A stretch of 64,000 bases of DNA from an uncultured virus (IMG/VR IMGVR_UViG_2061766007_000596) (IMGVR_UViG_2061766007_000596); one strand, 5' to 3'; counted from the stretch's first letter, positions 37,001 through 49,545 are shown. Program-made: numbers and translations. The notes: a model not told the origin generated them from the letters alone.

Positions 37001-39557
37001 AGGTAAAGAAGGCACAATAGGAACTATTATTAGTGCTGTTAAAGATGTCACTAAAGAAATTGATAAAATGATGAATGGTGGCGAATCTGATATGTTTGAG
37101 TCAGTGTCTCAAGCACAAGAAAAATTAAAAGAACTTAATGACCAGTTGCAAGACTCTGCGAAAGCTTTGCATGATTTATGGGAAGAAGCTTGGGATGCTT
37201 ATCTTGAAGGAATTGATCAAGCTAAAGATAAATTTGATAATTTAATGGATCGGTTTGAGCGAATAGATAATGAACTTGAATTCCAAGGTAAATTAATTGA
37301 GTTACTTTATGGTGATGAAGCTTATGGAATGATGAGCAAACTCTATGAAGGTCAATTAAAAAGTACAGATGCTCAAATAGACTCTTTAAAACAACAAGCT
37401 GATATGTGGAAACGTTTATTTGATGAATCTGGTGCCACAATGGAAAATCAATCTGAGTGGAATGAAGATCAGCAGAAGTATTATGAGAATTGGCTTGAAG
37501 CTCAAGATTCATTAAATGATAAAGTTATTGAATATATTGAATTACTTCAAAAAGATTATTTAAATACTATTAAAGATATTCTTAAAGAACTTGAAAATGC
37601 TGTTACAGGAAGTTCATTAGACAATATTGCCACTGAATGGGAAAGAATTAGTGCAGATGCTGATAAATATTATGATAATGTAGAAGGTGCTTATCATATT
37701 CAAACTTTAGCTAATAAAATGGATCAAGATATAGCTAAAACTACTAGTCTTAAAGCACAACAAAAATTAATGGATTTAAGAGAAAAAGAAATTAATTATC
37801 TTAGAGAGAAAAAAGATTTAACTGAATATGATATTAAGGCAGCTGAGTTGAGATATCAAGCAGCATTAAAAGAAATTGCTCTTGAAGATGCTCAACAAAA
37901 TAAAACTGCTATGAAACTTACTCGTAATGAGCAAGGAAATTGGAGTTATCAATATGTAGCTGAAGAAGAAGATATAATAACTAAAAGGCAAGAATTACTT
38001 GATACTTATAATGAATTATATCAATTAGCTAGTGATGCTTATGAAAAAAATCTTGAATCTTTACAACAATTAAATCAAACGTATTTTGAAAAATTAGCTG
38101 AAATTGAAGAATTATCATTAACGAATAAAGAAGAGGCTGATACTCAAAGAGCTGCTTTAGATGAATGGTATTTTGATCAATATGAAAAATTATCTACTGA
38201 AAATACATTATTAAGAGATGATTTAGCCACTTCGTCTGCCGCATTATTACTTGAATTATATGAACAAGATACAGAAAATTATGAAGCAATGACTGATACT
38301 GAAAAAGAATTAATTCAAAGTTTAAAAGAGGCGGGAATTGAAGATTATCAAAGATTAAGAGAGGCTGTCCAAAATAATTATAAAGATATTGGTGATACAG
38401 CTAAGCAAGTTATGAGTGACACTAGAAAAGATTGGAATAGTGGAGCTCAAGAGATTGCTAATAAATGGAATGGTGATAATGGAAGTAGTGTAAGAGTTCA
38501 AGTAACAAAAGCATATGATTCTATTATGGCAGCCAATACTAAATATCAAAATGCGGTTGATGCTTGTGCTGAAAAAGTAGGAAGAGATTTTGATAATATT
38601 GAAGAAGCTATTCAAGATGCGGAAGATGCTGTTGATAGTTTAAAAGATGCAACTACTGAATTAGTTAATCAATCTGAATCTGATTTAAATAATTTAAGAA
38701 ATTATGTTAATAAGATTGAAGATGCTTGGAAGAGTGTTCAGCAAAGTATTAGAGATGCTATTAGCTTGATTGAAGAGTATTTGCGGAAGGTCGGTGAAGC
38801 AAATGCAGCAGCTCAACAACAAGCAGCTGCCGCTGCAGCACAACAAGCTGCTACACAAGCTAGTGATAAGAATGGATCTAAAAATGGTTCGAGCACTAAA
38901 AAATCTTCTGATTATTATACTGATCCATATGGAGTATCTGGAACTAAAATGGTAATAGATGAGAATGGCAATAAAACTATAGTAGGAGGATATACTCCTT
39001 CAACTAAGCCAACTTATGATACAGTAGAATTTACAAATATGTATAAATCAACTCTTGGAGCGATACCGCAAGAACAATCAAAGAATGCTAATTCTTATTA
39101 TAATAGTGGTAATTATTCATCTTCATCAACAGGATGGAATGAACTAGTAAAAGAAGTTAAAAAATTATTTACTGGAAGTTATGCAACAGGTGGCTATACT
39201 GGTGAATGGGATGATTCAGGTAGATTAGCTATGCTTCATCAAAAAGAACTTGTCCTTAATGCTGATGATACTAAGAATTTCTTATCTGGTATTTCTATGA
39301 TACGTCAACTTAGTTCTGGATTAAATGGTTCTATTGAAAATGCAGTATTAAAGGCAGTTGCCAATACAGCATTAAGTCTCGGTGGTATGAGTTCTAATCC
39401 GAGTTTAGGTGGTACAATAAGTAATAATAATAGTACAGATAATGTATTTAATATTACAGCAGAATTTCCTAACGCAAATGATGTAAATGAAATAAGAGAA
39501 GCAATTTTAAGTTTACCTAATTTAGCTAGTCAATATATACATTCTAATTTAAAATAA
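31065..39557 (+). CDS. tail tape measure protein (2830 aa)
   Basis: TP901-type core (YYQQG, ESVGTALKTVYAR, AGKRQYNNLVAL), long helical region, C-terminal YATGGYTG...LAMLHQKELVLN. Confidence 0.9.
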   Translation: MARSGKNRIDFELNFQKGDMTALESLKRELISVKKLASSADFGLNNAQINQAVTGITAIERALDQSFNTSLNTINVQKFNQSLVQSGFNLKTLQQNLSILGTEGNKAFLRLSAQLMQFNGAVKQSNGFVDKLAMSFLNTAKYVVLNRMINSTVASVQKAYYYVKDLDRSLNDIRIVTGKNSDEMSRFAEEANNAAKALAVTTEDYTKGSLLYYQQGLDDETVKTLTNITAMTSNVTGQSMENVSQELTAVWNGYQVANQAAKEGMNVYQEYVDKMAAVGATTASNLQELASAMSKVASAASSMGINFDDLTAQIATIVSVTRQAPESVGTALKTVYARLGDLKVDGVDEFGTKLGEVSAQLKVMGIDILDVNGDMRDMSSVMAEVAEKWDTWTSAQKQAAAIAMAGKRQYNNLVALFDNWDMYGEALETSMNAAGTLEKQQEIALDSLANKLDILKSTSEDLYDSLFDENTLKGFVTGLTKIIQSITTFTDAVGGLNTLLPLLGATAFRVFNQQIAQGLGTIITNLRNARAEKELLVQNEMAIRQMFSDSSLYNYTSNDAQGQARAEGLRQLVQTYSQLSPYLSLMTQEEKEQYDFILKQTEQTAVLKSEIAGQVEIWENINNKIQIFDKNLLTNLSDVNKISQGINEINKVVRTLETLKLPSISDNLHGMAKVNSEWKKLSNILSDPSLGININLQKLEARFKKISAETSLENKIKIIIQELKDLGISTNEIVKLDTKMKHAASTADSLKNSLLEGLSTKQLISGISNTVGAIGQLATSLSMISNIVNIVFNDNISGIDRFTQIVMNSIFSLSILSSSFQKLGSAVSTFMITQEGVTAIEEAHVASQTAAIALNEVDVASLEQLEKEMYDIIAADELYYLDQEKNNKVNANASAIREINNKLLQKEITTKREAALMSQRSIINAIKEFIAIKQGTSALQIYNKELTEEQIKENEAAIAAITHKVAVLGVTAALAAAALVIGIVVKIREKYVEQIIEENKKELENIKTKEEKIKANQELLKSYQDLLAQQKKEGKVEDELIKKAFEVAQAYKLLGKTILTTAGYYQELENAAKAAALKESENNIKLANEGAKNAAETMGLQVSGGTKAGWVHQGVVDYKATPTWGVAGTAAMGALNPTQTFSALANLGAGYVGGARWMSGDTIKEAEKQGLGNGFQWRVDYTDPKAVAEYVKQVDYMVEYTERIGDSFGHKEFLRQKQALAETLPELEEQLDTFYTETTNVAFGTIDLAAEETTADVYRKIEEIKGNILASGEIPADEVDKYIDKYLSGISSIQEGLDKIDIAKTLGAGKTEDEIADIIADLNEYNTSELAYLSIHLNTELLDEDYKTWIDKHEPIISLLGEQGASNIFKNTLSNFDDKKGFSDDTITSLFTKDSATSAFLPSKEEFLLSDISTQYDLVTQAMIKSTQAAVEHKDKVIEMLDIEKTRLEGLQDGYDEEKESAETNITALTEGNKKLKDDYEDIYQLAVHLAEGEDKVSDSDKALLSQIENLKVANQDELKLWGQQIIKAEENEKAIHELEEERKRANNLTVDHKKNIEELNKTLSLQSSVMDSIQSAYSTLEKAVDDYNEKGHWTVDNIQKIIELDDKYIATLDLTSDKVSIGEEAFQKLAIAKLEDMRASVMDTAYEKLETIALKDTGETALLAAEAVIQAAIATGELTDAATNSLPALEALNSKLAEISNKFGANSLETKAAENIIQAAKNVSLMIDDSISAIKEGGDSMKNVLHTGKDNKSGSKKKDKDEKLYQEEFDRYHDLKKAIDAVDRAINKLDKDQENLYGKELIRSLKEENVLLEQQTEHYKQLAEAQRAEAAELQGILGGYGVTFDATGAILNYAEATVAALKTYNDAVAQYNAGLLDESAFEIYEKNYEKFKKYLERYDTLFYQEMQETQEKLDEIRRKELANNLKAWEVEVKLKLDWQELKRGWNDFLKDISTDFKKVFKDLNVEVKNMFKDAQTYIGKEGTIGTIISAVKDVTKEIDKMMNGGESDMFESVSQAQEKLKELNDQLQDSAKALHDLWEEAWDAYLEGIDQAKDKFDNLMDRFERIDNELEFQGKLIELLYGDEAYGMMSKLYEGQLKSTDAQIDSLKQQADMWKRLFDESGATMENQSEWNEDQQKYYENWLEAQDSLNDKVIEYIELLQKDYLNTIKDILKELENAVTGSSLDNIATEWERISADADKYYDNVEGAYHIQTLANKMDQDIAKTTSLKAQQKLMDLREKEINYLREKKDLTEYDIKAAELRYQAALKEIALEDAQQNKTAMKLTRNEQGNWSYQYVAEEEDIITKRQELLDTYNELYQLASDAYEKNLESLQQLNQTYFEKLAEIEELSLTNKEEADTQRAALDEWYFDQYEKLSTENTLLRDDLATSSAALLLELYEQDTENYEAMTDTEKELIQSLKEAGIEDYQRLREAVQNNYKDIGDTAKQVMSDTRKDWNSGAQEIANKWNGDNGSSVRVQVTKAYDSIMAANTKYQNAVDACAEKVGRDFDNIEEAIQDAEDAVDSLKDATTELVNQSESDLNNLRNYVNKIEDAWKSVQQSIRDAISLIEEYLRKVGEANAAAQQQAAAAAAQQAATQASDKNGSKNGSSTKKSSDYYTDPYGVSGTKMVIDENGNKTIVGGYTPSTKPTYDTVEFTNMYKSTLGAIPQEQSKNANSYYNSGNYSSSSTGWNELVKEVKKLFTGSYATGGYTGEWDDSGRLAMLHQKELVLNADDTKNFLSGISMIRQLSSGLNGSIENAVLKAVANTALSLGGMSSNPSLGGTISNNNSTDNVFNITAEFPNANDVNEIREAILSLPNLASQYIHSNLK

Positions 39558-39559
39558 AG

Positions 39560-39614
39560 TGCGGGCGCGGGCCCTAGGTAGAATTAACCTAGGTTCCCGC
39601 GCTTTTTCTTTTTT
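39560..39614 (+). terminator. intrinsic terminator after the tape measure gene
   Basis: GCGCGGG-CCTAGGT...ACCTAGG-CCCGCGC followed by a T-run. Confidence 0.75.
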
Positions 39615-39701
39615 ATATGGCTTCCCGCAGGTCAAATTCAATTAATTTTTCTTCTATTGTTTTTATTTATAATAAATAAGAGAAAAAGGAGGAAGTTTAG
39701 T

Positions 39702-42700
39702 ATGGGTGCAAATGATATAGTACAATCACTAGTTGAATCAATACGTTTAATTAGTGATGATTCTGCAAATAATATTAATGCCCCTGTTACTATTAAAGGA
39801 GAGATAGTAGAAGAGATAGATAAGAGTACTCATGAGTATAGCGTTAAATATGGTGGAAATATTTATAAAGGTGTCTATGCTAATTCAAATGTATCCTACT
39901 CACCTTCTACTGTTGTTTGGATTTTAATTCCAAATGGAAATTTTGATAATAGTGCAACAATTTTAGGTGCGGTTACTCCAGTGGCTACAGAGTATGTTAC
40001 TGAAGAACAAATTGATAAATATATATCTTTAAGTGAAAATTTATTTGGAGAAAATAATTATTATATAGATTTAAAATCTTGGGTAAATGGTACTTTTATA
40101 GATTTTTTACCAGATAAACCTATTCCCGTAGATGAAGGAGATTTAGGTAGATTTAATTTAATTTTATCTGAATATTTTTCAAAAAATAAAAATTTTACAT
40201 TTACTGCTAATATAAAAACTGAAATAGATGAAGATCATCGTACTAAAGGTAATTATGGATTAATTTTAAATCTTCCATTTATTACAGTAGATGAAAATGG
40301 AAATACTCTTAATCATATAATGAAAAGTTTTGTTATGGATGTTGATACCATAGAAGGTAGTCCATATAGTTTTTTAGAATATAATAAAGTAAATCTTTAT
40401 TATGAAATTGATGATACATTAGTTTATGATGTTGCTGGCACTCCATCATTAGTTGCTTTTGTTGAAGATTTTGAATATTATAATACAGAAGGATATACAG
40501 ATGCTGATATTCATATTAAGGATATTGGTATTAATATGGTTAAGGTTTTAACAGATGATGATATTAATGGTTATAATCTTACTATTGTTCCTAGTGATGG
40601 TCATTACTTTTTAGAAGGCAAATATGTTCAAGATAAAATTTTAACACCAGTATTAAAAATTAATGGTAAGCAAAGTGATATTAAAAAATGGGATTGCTAT
40701 TGGTTTGTGAAAGATTCCTCAATAGATACTTCTAGTGAAGGATATGTTTCTACTATTGGTGGATTAGGTTGGAGATGTTTAAATAAAAAAACTAGTACAG
40801 ATACATCTTTTCAATATGTAGTTAATTCATATAAATATACAGTTAAACCTGAAGATGTTGTTCATATTCTTGAATATAAATGCGTATTAGTTAAAGACAC
40901 TAATATAGTTAGTGGTATTATTGAATTAAAGAATTTAAATACTAGTTATGAAATAGAATTAGTCACTGAAACAGGGAAATTAGTTTTTCCAGAAAAAATT
41001 GGTAAAGTAACTTTAATAGCTAGATTATATTCTAAAATTCCTAATAATATATTTTTTACATATTGGCAAAGATTTGATAAAGATGGAAATTATTTAGATA
41101 GTGATTTTTATGATTTAGAAGAAAATAGTATGACAATAGCAGAACGAGGTGGAGAAAACTATTATTGTAATGAAACTAAAATTTCTTATTCTTGTTCTAA
41201 GTTAGAGAAAATGAATACTATTAATTGTACTTTCTATTCTCAATATATTGATGAAGAAGAAATAAAGAAGAATAATATAGGTACAACTTCTATTGTTGTA
41301 AGAACCTCTAAAGAATTAACTTATAGTATTGCTATCACAGGTGGAGATGTTATTTATAAATATGATCCAGAAGGTGATTCTCCTTTTGTTGCAGACTATG
41401 ATGGACCAATATCTTCTAGAATGAATGTAATTCAACCTATTAGTTATAAAGTATTTAAACCAGAAGGTAATGAACTTACTGATTTAGAATATTTAGAATG
41501 TTATTATACATGGTATTTTCCTAAAAATTCTATGATGAAGATTATTCTTCCAGAATCTTATGATNNNNNNNNNNNNNNNNNNNNNNNNNNNNNNNNNNNN
41601 NNNNNNNNNNNNNNNACTTATAATAAGAAGAAAAGTAATAATACGATTTTATTAGAAATTCAATTTGATGGAAATAAAATTACATCAAGTGTTACTCCTA
41701 AATTTTTAAAAGATGGTGAAAGTGGTACTAATGGTTCTAAATACACTGTTGTACTTACATATAAAGAACCAGAGGATGATAGAGATTATGGATATGGAGA
41801 ACTTGATGGAGAGGGCAAAATAAGAAAACTTCAATTTATTTATTTAGCCAATAAAAATGAAACAGAAGAAAACCCTGGTGAATGGAAACGTTATTCTGTT
41901 AGAGAAAATAAAATAGTAGATTTTGAAACACCTCAATTAAATGTTAATTTATATCGAGATGGAGCAAAATTAAATTTAGATTCTCCTTCTATATCTACTT
42001 CAATTAGCTGGAGTATGTTTGATAATCTTACTACAGACCCATGTTTTTCTGTTAGTAATGGTATTATTAATAAACATATTAATTGGACAGATGCAAGTAA
42101 AAATTATTGTAATATAGTTGTTTGTTCTGTTACTATTAATTCAGATAATGAAGAAGAAATTCCACAAGTTATTTATGCTTATTATCCTATTGAAATTACT
42201 CGTTTAATTAAACCAGAAGATTTTGATTTAAGGAATAATTATATTGTACCTTCATTAACTGGCGGTTTTGATGAAGTACTTTATGCTTTTGATGGAACTA
42301 ATCCTCAATATGATAATACTAATCCTTTTGTTTTTACAAATGAATTGTATCAAAACGAAGAAGAAATTTTATATTATGCATGGAAAACTTCAGAAAATTC
42401 TAAAGTAATATATTACTATACTTCAAAAGATATAGATACTATACAAATAGGTGATATTGTATATGAAGATAAATTTGGACAAGAGAGTGAATATTTGGTT
42501 GAATCTATTGATAGAGAAAATAATCAAATTATTATACATTCTTTAGTTTGTGAAAGATTTTCTGAAGAAGATGTTTTTAAATATGGATATGTATGGGGCG
42601 GTAGTAAAAATTTAAGTTTTTCTAAAACTGATTATCCTTATATTCAAGGGGTTAAACCAATAACTAAATATATTAATGGATTAACTAAAAATTTTGTTAA

Positions 42701-45700
42701 AGTATTATTAACATTAAATGATGCACAAATAACTGATATTAAAGAAAGAAAAGCTAATTTAGCTAGTCAAATTGAAGATATTAATAAATTAATGATTTCT
42801 TACAATAAGATTTTTAGACAAGAAGGAGATGAAGAAAATCTAGAATATAAAGGATATTTAGTTGACTTTTTAGAAAAATTTAGTTATAATAATAGTAAGG
42901 AAAAATTAGATATTGCAGCAGTTAATGTTTTATATAATAGAGAAAAAGTATTATTATCATTAAGTGATTTATTTATTGCACTTGAAAATTTTATTAATTA
43001 TTGTAAAGGTTTANNNNNNNNNNNNNNNNNNNNNNNNNNNNNNNTTTTAAATTTATGAATACAACTACTTTATACAATATTGATGAAATTTCTACTATTT
43101 GTGATAATATGCTTATAGAAGTTTATCAAGATTTTTATCTTTTTGGAAATAAAAGAAATAGTGATGAACGTTATGATTTTAATTATATTAAAGAAAATTG
43201 TCAATTATTTAATTGCAGAGTTGAAATTGCAAATGAAAGTTTAATTGATGAAGATTCATTTAAAATTAAAGAAGCAGAGAATCTTATTAATATTTGGAAT
43301 GAAGTTATTGTTAAAAAATATTATCCATATTATAAAGATTTAATTACAGAAGATTCTGCTATTGAAGGTGATTTTATTTACCAAGAACAATATAATAATT
43401 TATGTAGTTTATTAGATGATATATTAAATCTTTATATTAATATGGAAACTTTAACTAATAATGAAAAAGTATTAGATGAAGATTTACTTCAAGAATTTAC
43501 TACNNNNNNNNNNNNNNNNNNNNNNNNNNNNNNNNNNNNNNNNNNNNNNNNNNNNNNNNNNNNNNNNNNNNNNNNNNNNNNNNNNNNNNNNNNNNNNNNN
43601 NNNNNNNNNNNNNNNNNNNNNNNNNNNNNNNNNNNAAAAAACGTTTTGATGAAAAAATTTTAAAAGCACAATCTAATTTAGAAGAAGTTCAAGCAGAATA
43701 TGATGAAGTATCTAAAAATCTATTACCAGATGCTACTGATGTTATTATTCATATTAAACCTATTGTAATGATATATAATATATATGGTTTCAGTGCAATT
43801 AATGGTTGGGATGGTTGTAAATTATATACCGGAGGAGAAAATGAAGAATATCTTTATGCCCCTCAAATTGGAGCTGGTAAAAAAGAAAATGGTCAGTTTA
43901 CTGGCTTAGTTATGGGGATGGAGAATCTTAATACAAATGTTTATGAGAAAATTGGTTTGTTTGGACTTTCTGAAGGTGTTCAAAGTTTATTTTTAAATGC
44001 TAAAGATGGTTCTGCTATATTTGGTAAATCTGGTACAGGTCAAATAATTATTGATCCGAATAATAATGGTAATAAGGCTTTGTTATATAGTTCAAATTAT
44101 TGGACTGATTACGAAAGAGATGGAAAACCAAAAGGTTATGGAACTATGAATGAAGCTGGACAAGGTATGTTAATTGATTTGACTACTCCAGAAATTAAAT
44201 TTGGTAATGGTAATTTTAAAGTTAATTCTGATGGACATATAACTGCGGTTGGTGGTGGAACTATAGGTGGTTGGAAAATTACAGATACTCAGATACATAG
44301 TAATATTTCACCTTCTAATGGTAGAATTACTTTAGATTCAGGAGTTCGTTGTTATTCTATTTATAAGAGTTATTTATATANNNNNNNNNNCTATATATGA
44401 TTTTTGTACTTTATATTGTACTGTTTCTTCTAATGGACGAGAAGAAGGTACAATTGAAGAAATTCATTATATTAATAATGAAGAAATTGAAGAAGTATTT
44501 ACAGATTATGAATGTGTATATAATGAAGAACAACAAATTTATAATTTAATATTAGAAANNNNNNNNNNNNNNNNNNNNNNNNNNNNNNNNNNNNNNNNNN
44601 NNNNNNNNNNNNNNNNTTGTATTGAAAAAGATTTTAAAGAATTTGCATCTGGTAAAATTTATTCTCATAGTCATACAAAAATAGATTCTTATAATACAGG
44701 ATTTTATTTGTCTGAAAATGGTTTATCTATTGGAGATTCTATTGAAATTGATTCTANNNNNNNNNNNNNNNNNNNNNNNNNNNNNNNNNNNNNNNNNNNN
44801 NNNNNNNNNNNNNNNNNNNNNNNTGAAGTAGCAACAGTATCTTATATTAAATATGGGACTCCAAAAGCAAATAATTCTGTTTATATAGGTACTGATGGAA
44901 TTACTTTAGGTAAACAAGTTTATATAACTGATAATGGGATAGCTCGTTTTGGTAGAGATGCTGTTACTGATGGAAATAAATGTTGGACTATTGATGCAAC
45001 AAAAACAGAAAATAATCATTCTTATATAGGATATAATGCTAGTGATTTTAGCTGTTCTAATTTAGATACTGAAAATTATGATATTGGAGGAGATTCTAAT
45101 ANNNNNNNNNNCAAGGAGCAAATAATTCTATTTATATAGGAACCGAAAAAATTACTTTAGGTAAACAAGTTTATATAACTGATAATGGAATAGCTCGTTT
45201 TGGTAGGGATGCTGTTACTGATGGGAATAAATGTTGGACTATTGATGCAACAGAAAATAGCCATTCTTATATAGGATATAATGCTAGTGAATTTGATTGT
45301 GATAATTTAGATAAGGAAAATTATGAGATTGGAGGAGTTCCTAGTAGTGTTTATTTAGGTACTAATGGTATTAGATTAGGTAAAAAATTTGCAGTTGATT
45401 ATAATGGAAATTTAGTTGCAGAAAATATTATTGCTAATGATAGTGGCTATATTGCTGGTTGGAAAATTACTTCTACTTCTTTAAAAAGTGATTCTAATAG
45501 CATGGAAATAAAAGCCGAAGGTTCTTTATATGGTCCTAATGAAATGTGGCATATTGATAAAAATGGGAATGCTGTTTTTAATAATATTGAAGCAAATTCA
45601 AGTGGTAGAATAGGTGGTTGGTATATAAAAGGTAATCAACTTCAATATCAAGATGGAAATACTAGTACTATGATATTAAATGGTACTAATGGTTCTATTA

Positions 45701-46325
45701 CTTCAACGAATAGTAGTGGTAGTACAATTACTTTTAGTCCTAGTGGAATTAATTTATCAGGTGCAGCGACTGGATTAGGATTTGCATTAGGAGCTAATGG
45801 TTTATCATTTCAAAATGGAGCTATAAATCTTACTGCTGGAACGGATGGGACTGCTACTTTTACTGAAAATNNNNNNNNNNCACTATGATATTAAATGGTA
45901 CTGATGGTTCTATTACTTCAACGAATAGTGGTAGCACAATTACTTTTAGTCCTAGTGGGATTAATTTATCAGGTGTGGCAGCTGGATTAGGTTTTTCATT
46001 AGGGTATAATGGTTTATCTTTCCAAAACGGAGCTATAAATCTTACTGCTGGAACAAGTGGAATTGCTACTTTTACTGAAAATAATACTAAAGTTCAATAT
46101 AGTAAAGGAACTAAAGGATTAGGTACTTATGTTGGAGATATTGTAGCGGATACAATTAAAACTACTAATTTAGTAGTAGATAAAATTGCTGATGTTAATA
46201 TTCTTAATGTAAAAGGATTAAGAGTTAAATCTGCAAATAATTTTTTTGTAGGTTCTGGTTCAGGAGGAGATAATTATCAATTAACTCTTGGTAATGATAA
46301 CCTTGTGCATTGGCATGCTATTTAA
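39702..46325 (+). CDS. large tail/baseplate or spike protein, probably one gene fragmented by N-gaps
   Basis: ORF fragments at 39702, 43055, 43768, 44708, 45502 and 45885 break at N-runs with no internal RBS; G.IGGW.I repeats typical of tail spikes. Confidence 0.6.
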
Positions 46326-46345
46326 AATAAAAAGGAGATAAAAGG

Positions 46346-46507
46346 ATGGAAGAATTAAAACAAAAATTAATAGATTTATGTAATAACAGCGGGCTCCCGC
46401 TTGAGGCAATCTATTTCGTGACTAAGGATGTTTGGCGTGATGTAGAAGCAACATTAAGAGCAGCTCAAGAAAAAGTTATTAAAGAAAATAAGGAGGAGAA
46501 TAAATGA
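46346..46507 (+). CDS. small hypothetical protein (53 aa)
   Basis: MEELKQKLIDLCNNSGLPLEAIYFVTKDVW...; AGGAG RBS; overlaps the holin start. Confidence 0.6.
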   Translation: MEELKQKLIDLCNNSGLPLEAIYFVTKDVWRDVEATLRAAQEKVIKENKEENK

Positions 46508-46833
46508 GCACAGGAGTAATTATTGGATTAATTATACTAATTCTTTTAGTTGGAATTGAAATTTATCATTTTGCTAAATTAGATAGAAAACAAAAAATAG
46601 AAAATGTAAAAGAATGGTTAAAATTAGCTGTTATTGAAGCAGAGAAAGCTTTAGGTGGAGGTACTGGAGCACTTAAACTTAGATATGTATATGATTTAGC
46701 AGTTGCTCAATTTCCTTGGCTTGTTTCTTTAGTGGCTTTTGATTTATTTAGTTCTTGGGTTGATGAAGCTCTTGAATGGATGAAACAACAACTTGATCAA
46801 AATAAAAATATTAATAATTACGTAAAGAATTAA
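46504..46833 (+). CDS. holin (LL-H-family-like)
   Basis: Single N-terminal TM helix; WLKLAVIEAEKALGGGTGALKLRYVYD motif. Confidence 0.7.
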   Translation: MSTGVIIGLIILILLVGIEIYHFAKLDRKQKIENVKEWLKLAVIEAEKALGGGTGALKLRYVYDLAVAQFPWLVSLVAFDLFSSWVDEALEWMKQQLDQNKNINNYVKN

Positions 46834-46835
46834 AA

Positions 46836-46873
46836 TATGCGGGAAGGTGTAAAAGCCTTCCCGCATTCTTTTT
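46836..46873 (+). terminator. intrinsic terminator
   Basis: ATGCGGGAAGG...CCTTCCCGCAT followed by a T-run. Confidence 0.8.
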
Positions 46874-47038
46874 GGTCTATTTTGATTAGTGTTTTTAAAT
46901 AAAAACTTAAATATATAAGAAGATTATATTAATAAAAAATTNNNNNNNNNNNNNNNNNNNNNNNNNNNNNNNNNNNNNNNNNNNNNNNNNNNNNNNNNNN
47001 NNNNNNNNNNNNNNNNNNNNNNNNNNNNNNNNNNNNNN

Positions 47039-49540
47039 TAGTTCAGATTTCAAATCTGTTCATGCTACTGTTGTAAGACAGAATACTGGAATGAATGTTG
47101 TTAAATTAACAGAAAATCGAACAACAGGAATTATTTTAAATTTGTCTAAACAAGCAGTTGAAGGACAAGAAAATTTATATTATATAGAAATTACCAATAA
47201 TGATTTATCATCAGAAGTTGATGGATATCAAGGATGGATTCCTGGATGGGTTTATAAAATCCAATTAAGATTAAGTGATGCTATATATGATGGAACAGAA
47301 GGACAGGAACAATGGTTAAATAATAATTCAAATTCTTTTTCTGAATGGTCAACTATTTGTACCGTAAAAGCAACTAGTAAAATAAAATATGAAATTTCAG
47401 GATTACCAATAGATACTAGAGAAGAAAGTTCAATCTCAGAAGGTATTTATACAGTTGGAACTTCTACACTTCAGTTGCCAGGGCATTTTTATAGACAGGA
47501 TTTAACTGAATTAATTTATTCATATAATTTTAAACTCTATGACTCAAATGATAATATCATTGAAGACAGTGGAGATATTTATGCTAATAAATATCAAGAT
47601 TGTGATAGTTTTAATTATACCTTAAAAACTGAATTAATTAATGATAATGATTATTCATTAGCTTTTAAATTTATAACTGTTAATAAATATGAAGATGGTT
47701 TTTATCTATTTGATGAAGATAAAGATGATAGATTTAAATTTACTTGCTCATTGGTAGTTAAAGAAGAACCCCCTTGTTCTTTACTTTCAATAGAAAATGA
47801 TGAGCAAATATCAACACCTACAATGATTAATCAATGGGTAATGAAAGATATTGTTAAAACTTCTAGAGAAGAAGAAGAGGATGAAGGTAGAATAGCTTTA
47901 AAGTTTTTTAAAGATGGAAATCCAATTATTAGTTGTAATTTATGTGTTAGAAGAGCTAGTTCATTAGACAATTTTTCTACTTGGACAGATATATATTTAT
48001 ATACAGCAAGACAAGAATATGTTAATAATATTCCTGTTTTTTATGATTATACTGCGGAAAGTGGTGTATGGTATAAATATGGAGTTCAAGAAATTACTAT
48101 CAATGGAAATAGAGAAAAATTAAATGTAATGAGTAAAGCTGTAATGAGAAATTACAGTTATTCATTTTTATTAGGAAAAGATAATCAACAATTAAAATTA
48201 ATGTTTGATAATGTAATTAATAATTTTAAATATCAAATTTATGATAGTAAAGTTGATCCTATTGGTTCTAAATTTACCAATATAACTAGAAATGCAGCTA
48301 CTTATTATAGAACTTTTCCTATTAATGGATTGATTTCATTTTGGATGGATNNNNNNNNNNNNNNNNNNNNNNNNNNAGATATTTATAAATATCTTAATGT
48401 TATTGATTTATATGATGAATATAATTTTAATAATAATATTATAAATGAAGATGGAGAACATATTTCTCAATATGATTATATATATGAACGAGATTNNNNN
48501 NNNNNNNNNNNNNNNNNNNNGATGGAGAATATAAATTATTTAAATCTCCAACTGAAGGAAATATTATAGTTCGATTAACAGATGTAAATTGTATTCCTAA
48601 TCAACCATTAGATAGAATGATATATAGTTTTAATGCAAACGCTCATGAAGTAGATGCACCTACAATGGAAAACTATTTAAAATATGGATTTTATAAAGTT
48701 GATAAATATTCTGATAACTTTGCTGTTTATGAAACTAAATTAGGACAGATATCTTTAAATTGTCCAGTTGGAACTAATATTTTTGATTTAATTAAGTCTA
48801 AGTATGATGGAGGTAGTCAGAATATAGCTGGATATATTAGAAAAGTTATGAATATCCATCATATTAAAATTACTTTTGATGGGAAACCTTTAAAAGTATA
48901 TAATAATGCTATAAATTNNNNNNNNNNNNNNNNNNNNACTGTATTAGGAAATAATTTTGAATTAAATGGAAAATTATTTACAGTATATTATCCAAATAAT
49001 ATATATGAATTTGATAGTAGATTGAATTATAAATTAGATGAACAATTAATTATCAAAGGTGATGTAGATGGATTTATTAGTTATGTGCCAATTACAGTTG
49101 ATTTTTTATATGATTTTTCATCTGATAAGTATATTGGAAAACGAATTAAAAGTGAAGTGGTTAAAAGTTGCATTGGACAATTTAGTAAAGAGTGCGTTCC
49201 TAATGAAAATGTTTATAAAGAAATTTATTTGAAATATAAAACAGATTGGGCATTTACATTTAGAAAAATGCTTAATTTGTCATCAATAGAGATAGAAGCA
49301 AATCCTGGAGCTGCTTTTAGAATTAGAAGTTTATCAGAAGATTATGGTGATGTTCATATTATAGGAGAGACTGGACAGTTGAGATTATATGAATTAGAAA
49401 ATATTAATTCTATTATTTATTTAGGAATGGCTACTTCTAAATCTCCTAGTGAACTTAACGCATTTGAACAAAAGAATACAGACGTATTAATAAATTATAT
49501 ATATCTTATAGATGAAGGTATATATCAGGAAGAGGTATAA
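47039..49540 (+). CDS. baseplate/tail structural protein; start lies in an N-gap and the ORF is split by gaps
   Basis: Fragments 47091-48569 and 48617-49540 are bridged by an open frame after the gap (KLFKSPTEGNIIVRL). Confidence 0.55.
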
Positions 49541-49545
49541 GGAGT

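Noticed and set aside
43014..48936. Pseudogenes, programmed frameshifts or stop-codon recoding in tail genes
   Set aside because: The breaks coincide with N-runs of estimated length, and ungapped genes read through normally in the standard code.
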